DNA of 64,000 nucleotides from contig NC_092673.1 of assembly GCF_964355755.1 (NCBI RefSeq), positions 28,889,648-28,953,647 on the forward strand, written 5' to 3'. Numbering within the stretch: the first letter of the stretch is position 1; every line of letters starts with the position of its first letter. Both the position numbers and the translations under genes were made by a program. This stretch comes from Antedon mediterranea (lineage: Eukaryota; Animalia; Echinodermata). The notes beneath the pieces are model-generated. The model was not told the DNA's origin, did no database searches, and saw only the letters and a program-made list of their open reading frames with translations. Below are positions 1 to 14,400 of this stretch, piece after piece.

Positions 1-720
1 TAACAATACTAGTATCTAATTGATTCCAAATTAAAGGATTAGAAACTTTCATAAAGTGGGAAGAACTGGTTAACCTTACAAAAGGAATAGTTAACTTAAA
101 CTTATGAACAGTACTTCTTAGATTAATACCATGGTTGAAATCAGCAGTGTTAAATAAATTCATCTTTGGAGAAGAAAGATTGTTGGAAAAATATTGAAAG
201 ACAAAAGAGGCACTTTGCAATTTATGCATATCACCTAACTTCAGTAACTTAAGTTTATAAAATAAAGGTTCAGATGGAGTAATGCGAGACGTAAAAGTAA
301 TATTTCTAATTATCAAGATGAGAAGGATAGTCAGCAGCCCAAATTATGTTTCAATAATGTAGATGAGGTACACTTTATTAACATAGTTCCACTTTATTAA
401 AATAGTGCCACTTTATTAACATAGTGCCAGTTTAAATTAGTAAAGAAAATTAAATTATGTCAGGAAACTTGTTCTTGAATTTAATTCTACAAAATAGGTT
501 TGCACCTCATGAGAGAAAAACTAATGATTTCACTTTGATTTGAGTGTTTACTGTAATCTGCAATTGAAAGTTGTATGTTATGAAGCCAAACAGCTTAATT
601 GATGAAATATGTTCATATATGTGTGTGTGTGTGTGTCGGCTTGTAAAATGCAAGGTATTGCTTTCTGTAAAATGTATTCGTTCAGTCATGAAGTAATGTA
701 TATAGATCTTAATATAGTAA

Positions 721-870
721 AGATCTGTCTACACTATCAAACTAGTTTGACAAAAAAAATGTATGTGCCCAAATATGGTAGTGATATAACGAAAGATAGT
801 AGTGATATGACATCATCATGTCCATATATGGAAAAATCACATTTATTTGTCACATACAGTTTGATTGTAG
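721..870. mobile_element. MITE family A copy (degraded)
   Basis: CTGTCTACACTATCAAACTAGTTTG end plus the CCAAATATGGTAGTGATA internal motif. Confidence 0.75.
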
Positions 871-2006
871 TTTTCTGGCCGCTGTGACAGGTAGAAAGAT
901 TTACGTTTACCGTACCTCGTGTGTATAAATTCATCATCTCCATGTTGATAAATGTATCTAAAATAAAACATTTGAATATTAAAGATCTATCAATGCATGC
1001 ATTTTGTTAACAAATTGATACATAGTACATCCTCATCTTGTTTAGATCCTCAATTATTACTCTTCTCTTTCCTCTCATTTTACTTTACTTACAGTACTTA
1101 CTTAGTCCGGGACATACCTAAACTAATATGACTAGATTCCTCCATAACTTCCTATCTGCCATTGTGACACCCAGTTCATTTCTGCATACCAGTATCCGTC
1201 TCTAGTACATCAATGTGAGTGCTGGTCATCCTTGTTTTGAGAGCCCATGTTTTGGCTGCCACAGCAGAACATCTTAAATAATTTCTTCTTTATTTTATAG
1301 AATCATTTTCTAGCAAAATGTACCAAATTTATTTTATACTGTACAGTCTTACTCTTCTATAAAAGTACTTTATATCAAAGTGTTACTAACCTCGAAAATC
1401 AAATACAATAATAACCTTTTTGGTAAGTCGGTAAATTTCCAAATTAGTGTAAATTACATATTATCTCACATTATTAAATTACATATTATCTCACATTATT
1501 AAATTATTTCATTAGATTAACCTTTAATTATCATTGTTTATGAATCATAATCTTATTAAATTATAATCAATTTGTGATTAATTAGCATAAATAAAGTTCC
1601 AAGTAAAATGAGTTACCAGTACTTAACTGTGTGGGTCATGGCTATGTTAAAATGATGACAGAAAACGATGAGTTATTTATAATATTTCGTACTTAAATTG
1701 CACTTCCAATGATACTTGCATATTTCATTATCAAACTGTATACAAAGTAAAATAGAAGTAATAACTATATGTAGATATCCTTTTTTTTTGCTTGTGATCA
1801 TTGACCTGTTGAGCCTGTTCCTCTTGAAAAAGACAAGAAATAAGGTCATTTCAGGGAAAAATATTTATGTGGATTAAAATTTGCAATATAATTATTGACA
1901 AGGAAATAAGAAGCCGTTATGATCTTGTTCACAGTCAACATGTAGATTTCAACAGTTTTATTTTCACAAAGCAAATCCACTGCGTTTCTTTCACTTTGAA
2001 AGCTTA

Positions 2007-2180
2007 AGGCCAATGTACATAGACGAGCGGTAACGTTAGATGGAAAATCGCGTAGCTTGCCTCACTTAGAATCTGTATCTATCCGGAAACCGCCCGTCCG
2101 CTCCGCATAAATGGTAAATAAGAAATAATATAGATTCTATATTTTTATTACTGTTACCGATTGTCTGTGTAAATTGGCTT
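2007..2180. mobile_element. Tourist/Harbinger-like MITE
   Basis: Imperfect TIR AGGCCAATGTACATAGAC / GTCTGTGTAAATTGGCTT with TTA on both sides. Confidence 0.65.
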
Positions 2181-2429
2181 TTACTAAATTTCACAATATT
2201 ATGTATCTTCTAATACTTCCGTGATCTAAGGTATTTTGGATTTTACTTTAAATTTACTTATAATTTTTTCTGTGCCAAGCAATCCTTTGAACAATATTTT
2301 ATCTTTTTATTTTATCAACAATATCAATAAATATATTTTTTTAATCATCATAGTCATATTGCGATATTTATTCATGTCTTCAAAAATTAAGTAATACAAC
2401 TATCAAATATTTTATATTAATATTTACAG

Positions 2430-5400
2430 ACGGAAGCCATTCATCGATCTGCAGCACACCATCCTCACTATCAATCCCGCGATCCAGTTTCAGTAGCAAT
2501 CGATCGGTGCCCTCAATTGATACCGATGATGACGGAAGTATATCTCTAGCCATGTCTAGCACCGATACGTTATCCTTCTGTACCATAAGTACAGAAATCA
2601 GTGATATAGAGTAAGTATACAGGGAATAATTTCGCCAGTGTAGCTATACAAATCAACCTTTTTGCTACACTTTTCTAAAATTGTGTAGCAAAAAATACAA
2701 TACAAAACTATGTTTCTCGACTCAAAAATCAGATTGATTAGCAATATTGCTAAACAAAATTTATAAATGAAATTTTCCCCTGGTATACATTGTGTGTTAC
2801 ATAACTGCATTAATTAAATCTATTAAATATATAGTAGAACTTCTTTAGGAACCTCCTATTCAGAAGATGCCCACTTTCCTGTGAAACAAACAAGTAACAA
2901 TATGTTTTTAATGTCTGTCTACACTATCAAACTAGTTTGACAATAAACATGTGATGTGCCCAAATATGGTAGTGATATGACATCATCATGTCATGCACAT
3001 TTTTTTGTCACATAAAGTTTGATAGTGTAGACAGCTTTCAATACTATACAGTCAATACGTATTCAGAGGACCCTATAAAGGAGACATAAAACAAGAAGCA
3101 GCATATATGTTTTGTCATCACAGCCAATCGTATTATTTAGGGAGCATCGCTATTAAGAGAACACTTTGAAAAATGGTTCTACTGTATAAGCAGAATTTGG
3201 GAAAGAACAACGTTCATCATGAAATAACTCCTTTTTAGAAATATATTTTAATGCTATAATACGTATGAACTTTACAAGCACAGCGTCATCAGCCTGCTTA
3301 CTGTTGCTCAGTTAATTAAATATTTCATTCATAGTAATCATGTATGGCATTTATTTTTTCTATAAATATTAACTAATCATTTTAAAGAATCAATATTAAG
3401 TCATGTTTATTTTCAACATATTTCAATATAAATAGAATAAGGTTAAGTATTAAAAGATAACCTATAATTTAATCTTAGATGATGAGGTACTATATTGGAA
3501 CTGACAATTCTAGGCTGGGTTAAAATCAGTCCATAAAGCTGACTTGATCTGTTTGGCCCCATCTTACAGATCATTATCATAACGGTGATAGACAGGTTTT
3601 AACAGCCATATTAATGCTGAAGTTGGAATTTTACCAGATTACTTTTATATGTATTTCTTAATGCAGTGGAAAATTAATTTTCTGTGTCAATATGGAGATT
3701 TTGATATGTGACAACTGAAGTATATCTGTCAAATAGTTGCTTGTATCTAGTATATGCCAGGAAAAAACTGTGTTGAGGAGACATATCCAAATGCGTAGTG
3801 AATTAACCTTACATTTCTTGTAGGTCCGACTCCTAGCTAATAAAATGCTCCCTCAATAAATCTGAATTTGTTATAAAAGTATAGTAATAAACCTAGATTT
3901 ACGAATTTTAATATTATATTTCTGTGGTTAAACAATAATTATCTATCATTTAATTATTTGCTAGAAAAGAATAAGAATTACGAAAATCGCTATAATAAGA
4001 TTATTATAATCAATAGAATAAATATCAAGCCAGTTCCTAAATGACCTTATGACCTTTAGACAACGGACTGAGTGTCCAAGTATCTAGGAATCCTGCATAA
4101 ATTGATAGCCATCGTATTAAGCACATTATGTGGTATGTAGTATAGTACTAAGGCGTTGAGCTATGACAAGAATATTCCATTACCTAGGGAGATTTTAAAT
4201 TCATTTCTCAAAAAATGGTGGTGTTCAGATAAATAAAACAATCCCAATGTTTAAAATTAAAGATGCTTAATTATTGTTTAAACTATCAAATTATTTTAAA
4301 TATTAAACCTTTTTAAAATTACAAAGTAATCATGATTTAAATTAATTTTATTGACGTACATTAAAATGGTATAACCCAAGTAATACGATCGTAGTTGTGC
4401 CCAGTTGGTTCGTTAGTATCAGTCTCTATCCTGAAGGATCGCTAAACAAATCAGAACGTTGATGAAAGATCGGAAAAGATGGCTACAAATTTGGAAGAAG
4501 AAGAAGAGTAGGTCTTTTGTGATATATCTCTCAAATGATTGTAGATCTAGATCAAATTTTATGTTTTAAACAAATCCATCAAAAATAGATTTTTTTTAAA
4601 TAATTTTGGTACCTTCTCTTATAACCACCTGTTATTTGTTGCAAAATGTTTTCATTGAAAAATTCTCTTATTTCTGGTTTCCTTTAATCATTTATTTTTC
4701 TTTCTTTCAGGGTTTTTACGGAAGCAGGAGAAAAGATCGACAGGGACTACTTGCTAGCTCTTGACAAGGAGGAACTTGTTACCCGCGTTTTACAGATGGA
4801 GAAAGAATTAAGGTAATTTATCTTTTTAATTTATAAATATTCACATTTATATCATATTGAATTTCAAATTAGTTTCATTACTCTCTGTTTTTCCATATAA
4901 GGCAACAATGATTTAAATCAAAATCGTAAGGCATTTAATGAACAGGCAAACAGCTTTAAAATACTGGGACATGTTTCGAGAATACTACTAGTAACTATAC
5001 TATCTGATGATGAGAATAGCATTCCCGAAACATTTGACGATTTTTATTTTAACCAGAATGGTTGGTGGTATCATACAATTAAAATGTGTTTATTGGACAT
5101 GCAGAAAAATGATCATATCATCTGCAATATTATTATTATCGACATTGTATAATAATATACTGGATGAAAAACAACACTTTAAATATAGAATCTTTTGTTG
5201 CATACGGTAATTATTTTAATATATGACTAGGTAAGCCTATATTTCCACATATTGATTTGATTAATGTTATCATAGGAATAATGTTCTAAATTGTATGCAG
5301 TGACGTACTAATACAAGTCAATGACGTACTAATACAATTACCTGCCAATTATATTTCATTATATGAATCAAAGCATTGAATGTATTATTGTGAGATGTAA

Positions 5401-8400
5401 ACATTGTCAACATGATCATCATTGTCGTCATAAACATTATTATCATTGTCGTCATCATTTAATTATCATCATCATGACCATTATCATCATTATTATTAAC
5501 ATCATTATCATCATTGTCATCAAAATCATCATTATCATCAACATCATCATCATTTTCATCAAAATCATCATTATCAACATCATCATCATTAATATCAACA
5601 TTTCATCATCATTATCATCATCAACATCATTTTAATTATTATCATCATCAACATTATCATCATCATTATCATCTTTATTATCAACATTATAATCATTATT
5701 TTCATTATCATTTCATGTGTACATACCGTATGTTATGTTATTATAAAGTACTCTTCTTCATCATTTTTTATTTTGTTGTCTTCTGTGTGTGCCCACCCTT
5801 TGGATCCATCTTATTTCTTACTGGTTCCTTTCCTTAAAGGTCAATATTAAACATTATTAAATTACCTACTCTGTATGCAGCACCAAAAGACCTACTGAGA
5901 CAACTGCATCTGTATAATAAAATTATCGACCAGTTGAATAAAAATTGACAAAATCCTGTATATATGTTGGGCTGTTTTTCAACACCATTGAGATATTGAA
6001 TTTTGATTATTAGACTATTATGTGTGCATTATATTGCCTTTGAAAATAAAAAATCTATGAGAAGTTTTAACACAAATAAAATCACCTTTTTAAAATGATC
6101 TTACAAAGTTGACGTAGATTTTTTTATTGTTTGTGCATATGTTTCATTTTCGTAGGATTACGAGAAAAGAATTGAGCAAGATACGGGACCGTGAATCAGC
6201 GTATAAACAAATGTGTCAACAACGAGAGAAATACATAATGTCGTTAGATGAACAGTTATCAAGGTACCACGAAGAGGATATGCAGCATGTGTAAGCATTT
6301 CAAACTAACACTTTAACCTTTGACATGTATTTAACCTTTGACATGCATTGTATGTTCTAAAAACTCAAATCAAATAACGTTTATATTGTAGTGTTTATTC
6401 AATTTCATCTGTTATTGGAGAAAGCTGTAGTGAGAGGTTAAAAACAGAAAACGATGTTTTAAATATAAAGTATAACATAAATGTTTCCATCCCAGGGAAA
6501 TGAGGAGTGCGAGAGAACATTTTTAAACTCTAATCTGTTGCACATCTTTTGGTACTTAGCACACAAAATAAAGGAAAGTCTGAAATTACATTATTAGCCA
6601 ATTCTTTAATTAGGAAACGTGTTTGTAACTGTAAAAATAATGTTTTTACAATCACACATCAACATGAACTACAAACCGTCTTCATCTTTATCTCTTTATT
6701 GTACACTGTCTGGGTTTTTTTTTTGTCTGCTTCTGAAAGATAAAAGCATTGTTTGCTTGTTTAAATCATAGAGATATTATAGTGAACACTATAATATCTC
6801 TATGTTTAAATATACAGTTTGATTAAATTATCTAAGTTGAACAAATTTATATTGCCAGATATAATAATATCACTGTCTGTTCAAAATTATAACAAATAAT
6901 TATCATATTATGTTTTATATTTGTTGCATATTTAATGAACATTTTTACCTTGACAGAGGTATATATAAAGAAGAAAAATTAATTGAATAAATTATATAAA
7001 TAACTTTGTGCCAGCGTGCAGCAGGCATTCGAATGTGAAGTAGTATTGATATTTGTAATTATTAATTACTGAATGAATTATTTTTCTTGAAAGCTCTGTC
7101 TACACTATCAAACTAGTTTGACAAAAAAGGTGTGATATTCTCAAATATGGTAGTGATATGATCATCATATCCATATATGGGCACATCACATTTTTTGTCA
7201 CATAAAGTTTGATTGAGTGTGGAAAGATCTTTAGCATGAAGTGTTTTCAGCATAATAAGTTCTTCTAAATGCAAGCATAATTTTATGCATAAATCTTCCA
7301 TAATATCTGCGATTCCACATCTACTTACCTGGATAAGTCTGACATTGGCTTTATTTCTCTCAAGAGAATCACCATGATATGAAAAGAAATGTCATGGTGT
7401 TTATAACTGTAGGGATATTAGACTGCTCCATTTCGTCACAGGGGATCATAATGATGTTTGAAATCATAAAAATAAAGCCAGTATTGTGTTTTTCCAAGTA
7501 AGTGTGCCTTTAAGAAAATATCTTCTCATGGTTGAGTGCATTTAGAGGAGAAATATGGTATACAAATAATGAATGTTTATGAGTGTAATGGTACAAATAA
7601 TGGCATGAGGTGAATAATGAAAGGAAAAGATTTTTTTTTTAAAACACGAAAAAAAGTACTATTAATCGTTTAATAGTGCGTACTATTGCACGCCATGTGA
7701 CCCAAAATCGTCCAATCAAATGACAGGAATTTATTTAGGTGTTATATAATTACTGTTATTAACAAGGTAGAATGTCATGCAAGTTTGTTTTGCCATGTCC
7801 CTTTAAATCTACACTGACCAATTTAATAAAAAATGTTTATGAATTTATTTCTGGTCTTATACTCCTTTAATCATTTTTAAAAACAGGTATTTAAAAATAT
7901 TTTTACATTCAATTATTTCTTTACATTTGTTTAATGTTAAATAGTTTAAATTTACTTTTGGTAATTTGCATAGACATACAGGATCACCTGGAGGTAACCT
8001 GGAGGCAGCTAAGCAGCGAATACAAGACAGTGAAGACACCTGTAGAATGTACCAAGAGCAGAACATCTTCCTCAACAATGAAGTTCAGAAACAGTCGGCC
8101 TTGCGAAAGCTCGACAAAGAAAAAATTCACAAACAAAAAAGGTATTTTGTCGAATTATTTGTTATTATCGTAATAAATAAACAAATCTATTATTGTACAC
8201 AAGATTCTGAACACACTATACCTCTAAATATATATATTTGTGAGAAAATGAAGTTAGCATATTATAATTATAAAACTATTAACAAAATAACTTCAAAAAG
8301 AAGTACCAGAGTAGTGGTAAAATCAGTTGCCTATTGTTTTATTCTGTGTAACTTATGTATGCTAAGTCTATGTCTACCTTAATTAGTCTACCTTTAATTA

Positions 8401-11400
8401 GTCAACCACAGTAAGATTTCATCAAAAATTCAAACACCGTTGTCATAATTACGAATGACACGTTACCCCGCCATTAATTTCACTTTCATGTGCGTGGGCT
8501 TAGGCAGGCTTTTGTTGTGACTAGTACTCAGGTGTTCAGCCGTGGAAGTCGTTGCTGCCAGCAAGGATATACTTAGCCTAGCCGATCTTGTCAACTCATT
8601 TGACTGTTTCCTAGTGTACTAGTGTAATTAGGTACTTCCTTTGCTGGCTACACTGTGGAACAGCTCTCACCACCCTTGTCTCATTGTATTATGCTTAACT
8701 TAAAAGTAACACCAAGGTGATCAACTAAAGTGTGTACAACTTTGCGGTTTAATTATTCCTAATCGTTAGAAGTAATTATAATCACAAATGTTGTAAAATG
8801 AAAAGAATATTAATTAAATAAAATACAATACAATTATGTAAATATGAAATAAACTGATAGGCATGCTATTCAATATAACCATGATTTTTATAATATAATT
8901 AAATTTACTCAGTATACCTTCAGCTCTGTCACTATCAAACTAGTTCAACAAAAAAGTGTGAAGCGCCCAAATATGGTAGTGATATGCCCAAATATGGTAG
9001 TGATATGCCCAAATGTGGTAGTGATATTCCCAAATAATAGTAGTGATATGACATCATGTCTATATATGGGCACATCACATTTTTTTGGCACATAAAGTTT
9101 GATAGTGAAGACAAGGCTTTCCACAAAAAATATTTAAAAGTAAGTTTTGATGACAATTTCTTTATCAGTTGAATCAATGAAATCTTAAATGTATTCATTG
9201 CGTGCACGTTGATGCGGTATTGCTAATTGTTTTCACTTTACGATATTGCCAATGACATACTGTAGAGGTCACAGTATTTGATTGACCTTATAACACATAA
9301 TGTATCTTTATAGACACCCTTAGGAGTTTAAACTATTTACACTAATTTGCATAGTTCGTACCAGGGACCTTATCGCATCAAATTAATTTGCGTTGATGTT
9401 AAGTTCGTACCTGTGGAACACCTTTCATATCAAATTAATTTTAAAAACGGCACAATATCAAAACTTATTACGCAATGGGACTTTTTTAGCCTCAAATTAT
9501 CAAGATTTGTTGTATTGGTAACCTTGACATTTTGTTAACGATGTATTTATGTCTTTATCGTTCATTATCTAATGAAAAACTTATTAAAAACAGGAAAACT
9601 ATTTACTGACATAAATAAACTACTGTTTAGTAAAATTAATTTGATTGTAATTTATTTGGAAAATTATTACTGATAACATAAAAGACATAGATTTCCTTAT
9701 TTTTAAATGGATGGCCTATTTTTAAGAGTAAGATGTCTGCATATCAAGCAGAGGATATTGGTTTCAAATCTTGGTTTGGGCGGCTATAATCTCAAAGATG
9801 TCCCCCATATTAATCGTTTAATAATTAATGGATTTCCGGTATGTCACCAGGCTGTTTGGTGTTTCTCTTTGCCTGTCAATTTATATAGCTTATTAGGTTA
9901 TATGCATTATCTTATTGATTTTGTCAGGAATCTTTATTTATTTATTTATTCATTCTTTCCTTAGCACTATTTTGTCTGTCAATTATTTTGAGATCAATTT
10001 TATCTAGCTACGTCAATTTTTCAGAGTATATTCCTTATGGCCAGGAATCGATGTGGTTATCTTTTCACGGTGCGCAATAAAAAATTATGTGGTCTATGCA
10101 CGATTTAACGAAATCACATTTGGAATCATATCTTCACAAGCATGTATCATAATTTAACCAAATTTGATACTCATAAATTTTAGGTCATATTTCATTATAT
10201 GGCAATACAGTTACGTTCGTAGTGCATATATCGCGAGCGGTGTTGTTTGCAAGAAATATTTATTGTTACATTATGTTTTAACTGAATGTTTCAATGTTTT
10301 TTATAATATTGAAAAGATCACCTCTATAAAAAAAATCTTATTGTTTTACTTTCATAGCTTAACAGTAATCATTACATAAATTTCAAATTAAATCTGAAAA
10401 TGAAATCACTAACTAATATCTCTGTACTATCTACCCTTCCGATTCAAAATAAATGAGAACAAGTTTAGGTCATTAATTAAGAATGTAATTGATAGTATCC
10501 AGCTTGTGTTGGCAGATGCTCACCTACGCTCACAGCAGTATAGCACACTTCCAGGGCGTGGCGTGTCTTTAAACTACGTAGATAATTAGGCAGATAATAA
10601 GAGGACTTCCACTAGGAAATATTAACAGTTTTTAAAAAGGATAAAAGTAAACAAGATTTCAACTAAATGCTTTATTTTTTTTTATACAGCCATACCTACC
10701 CTATCAATAAATATATTGTACATTATATGACAGAATTTATTCTTTAATTAATAATGAACTACCCAGTCGTGTGTCCTAAATTAGCCTAATTTAGAGGGTG
10801 GGACTATACTCTAACATAGGATTGTATTTGGTTATATACCTTATATCCTCGGGTATAATCCCATTTTAACTCTAATCTCATCCCCTACTTTATGTCTGAT
10901 TTCACACGCAGGCATATCCCTGGGTATAGTTCCAGTTTTGATTTTTGGTCTGGATACCCGGGCCTCTCTCTAGCCACCCCAAATTCGGCCCAATTCTGTG
11001 TTCTAGTGTGGGTGATATTATACCAGATGATATGGTACTGTGAAAGTATTTATGATTTTAACAGCAACAAGAAATACAGTACATTAATAATGATTACAGC
11101 ACCTTGCAACACACACTACAGTAAGGTTGCATTTAATTAAACAAAAAGAAACTCCCAATCTGCTAATTATTATAACCCACCTTATAAGGAAATGCTGTTT
11201 GCTAATTTAGATTTATGATTTATAGTAACCAGTCTGTCAGACTTGAGTTTCTGTTTAAAGTCAAGTTTATCTAATTAGAATTAAATGAATTTGCATAATC
11301 TAGAGATATTTTAGCATAACATACAGTTGTACAATTTGTACAGTATGAATGATTGTTCCAATGGAACTCTTCTTTTTTCTTCTTCTTTTGTTTTGTGTAA

Positions 11401-14400
11401 AGTCATTAGGTTAATAGTGCTATGCCAGAAAACATAAATCATGCTAAAGTGTAAAATGTTTGTAGACAAAACTGATCCATATTGAAGAATAAAGGTTCTA
11501 ACATTCAATAGTATAGAAATGATAGCAATGTTAATGCCAAATTCCCAGCACTGACTGTTGCTGGGAATGTTACAATCTAAGAACCACAAAGGAATAATGT
11601 TTGTCAGTTTCAAAATGACTGCCTCTATATTCACTACTTTCATTTCTAGATAAATTTCATTGATATTTTTTTTTAAGAACACATTTTCGAAGAACTTTAT
11701 TATAATAAATAGGCCTACTAAAATTTTTCCTAAAAATGGTAACATTAAAACTGATTTATTCATTTGTATACAATGTGCAAATAATTAAATAATAATAATA
11801 AGTATAAATACAAATACAGAAATCAAGAAAGCTATAAGATTGTACATAGATCAGGTGACGGACTTATTTCAGTTTCTATGTCATCCCTCGACCAAATGAT
11901 ACGTTTCTTATTTGTATACATTTTGATTTTGGCCAAAATAAATGTTGAATTGAATTGAATTAATATAAAATTAAAACAAATCCTGTCTACCAATTTAGAT
12001 TTTGTTTGATTTGGAAGGTTAAAGCATTAGATCCCCACTAAATACCAAAAATTACCAAAGTGTAGATTATACAAAACAGGATTTAATGAGAATATTAAAT
12101 TGCATTTTCATTTACAAAATCAAACTTTTATAGCTATTTTGGCATAAAAAATGTATTTAGGAGAACCCCACAGAACTTTTAAATATATTTCCTATCCATT
12201 GACCATGGGGGAATTTTAACATAGTAGTGAGTTTAATCTATCTACAATGTATGTCATCATTGACTCATTTGCAGAGTATGCATGCAATTTGTTTACTACT
12301 TAACCAATTACTAGATGGAAATAATTATTAATGTGTTTGTCTATAACATTCAGGAATTTGACAGCGTGCCTAGGTCATTGGTGATCCATATTGCCACCAG
12401 CCATCACTATCTATACACTATCTGTATGGTTAATCATAGGCTTTTATATACCGGTTAAACCAAATATCATCCAAATCATCATTCCTATTTTTAAAACATA
12501 GAGAAACTCCAAATCGTTACACTGGAAATTGATTTATTAATTTTTTAATGGCAAAAATGAAGATGTCTGTGAAAATAGGAAAAAGCTGCAACAAAGGTAG
12601 CATGAGTATTCAATTCAATTCAATTTCTTTTTTATTTTTTTTTTGGAAATATTTCATCCATATCAAAAAAGGTACAAATAGAAAGATAAAAAAAAATTGC
12701 AAACTCTAAACTATAAATATGTGGTATTGAAAGCAGAGGTACATAAAATATGAGGCCAAAAAGTCCTCTGACACACTATTTATTATTAAACTATTGTATT
12801 TCTGGTATATTGGTTAGTATTGGTCAATATTCACTTCTGATTTTACTCACAAAAAGAGTTATGTATAAAATCTCATAACTTTTTTTCTATATATTTATTC
12901 TGTCACTTGAGAATGTTTTTTTTTTCTGTAGGTGTATTCAATCACTTGAAACCGAATTATTACAAACCAAGATTGACTTTGTTTGTATGCTGCGAGACAG
13001 TTTGGTGGTGACGTCGTTTGATACGAAAGATAAAGCACAAATTAGATTGCATCAGGAAAGCCAGGTATTGAAACATTGAATTAAAAAAAAAAATATTTAA
13101 AAAGTCCAAGCTTGTTTTGTTTGTCTTGAAATTAAAAACTTCTTCAATATTAGAATATCTTCCGTTATTTGGATTGAGTACTATTCTGATGACACCCCCA
13201 CCGCCTCTCAATATTAATTATTAAAGGGTACTTTGTTTGGTTCCGAAGGTGTCCTTTTAATATTTATTTAATCCAATTTAATTTGTTTAATTTTTTTTTT
13301 AATTGTGTTATTTTAGAAATGGAAACGGTTTCAACAAGTGTATAGAGAAGCCAAAGGGTCATGTGATGAGTTAATTGATTTTAAGTAAGTTAATAATTTG
13401 TTTTAAATATAAATGTTAAGTACACAATTAAGTCTCATGTCTACTGGTTGTCTTAAGTCCTAACTAATCTTTTCCTAACAGCGTCAACTTAAGTGCATCC
13501 CTTGCCAATTATACTATTACTTTAATAAAATGTTCTTTTTTTTGTTTCTTTTTCTGATGATCTAAATTAACTTTTGATACATTTTTTTGGGTCATTATAG
13601 TTCAATTTAAATTGCAATGTATTTGTGCCGTTGTGTCGGCCAAATTTACCCTAGAAATCCAGGGAACGTTACGGCGATAAGATCTTTAAGGAATCTTAGA
13701 ATATTTAAATAGAAATAGGAATTTAAGAAACTTTATAAAAACTATGTGAATACTTTTGAAGATGAGAACATTTGTGACAGTGATAGATGTGACCTTAATC
13801 ATAGTTAACTTATTTGAAATCTGTTTATAATCTAAAAAAATCAAAACTATAAAGTAAAACAGCCTGAAACGATTTTCGAGGCTTTTTGAGAAATATCAGT
13901 GCTACACAAGAAATATACTTATGAAATGTACATTGAAAAGGCTAACAACTTAAGCAGATCCAAGTCACCCATCATAGATTTGGAAAGTACAGTTGTAAAG
14001 TAACAGTAATGTGCAACACAATGTATGAGTACTACTAAGAAATTAATTGGGTTTTTTGTTCTCATTTGTGGCGTAAACACCCATTTTATTTACAATAATA
14101 TCATCATAGTCATGTCATCACCATAAAAAAAAAATATTTTTGTTATTTTCTAATGTTTTTTATCAATAAAATCACACAAAAAAAAATTATTTTGATAACG
14201 TTTCTGTTTTCTTAGGACGATGATGCAAGATGGTTTTGTTGATAGTTATGGTTTTGTTAATTACCCAGACAACCAGCCAATACTAGTGCAACAGTTGTGC
14301 AATAAGATCTGTACACAGTTCAAATCACAGATCAAGGTGACTTTTAAATTTCTCAATAACTACACAACTAAAAAAGGTACAGATCCCCCCACAAAGGTTC

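Noticed and set aside
5363-5837. Poly-Ile, poly-Ser and poly-His ORFs
   Set aside because: They are translations of the (ATC)n microsatellite.
11542-11568. Small hairpin ATTCCCAGCA..TGCTGGGAAT as another footprint
   Set aside because: It lacks CAKRGAG termini and a 7-bp TSD.
11311-11763. 150-aa minus-strand ORF
   Set aside because: AT-rich composition, no recognisable motif and no supporting splice structure.
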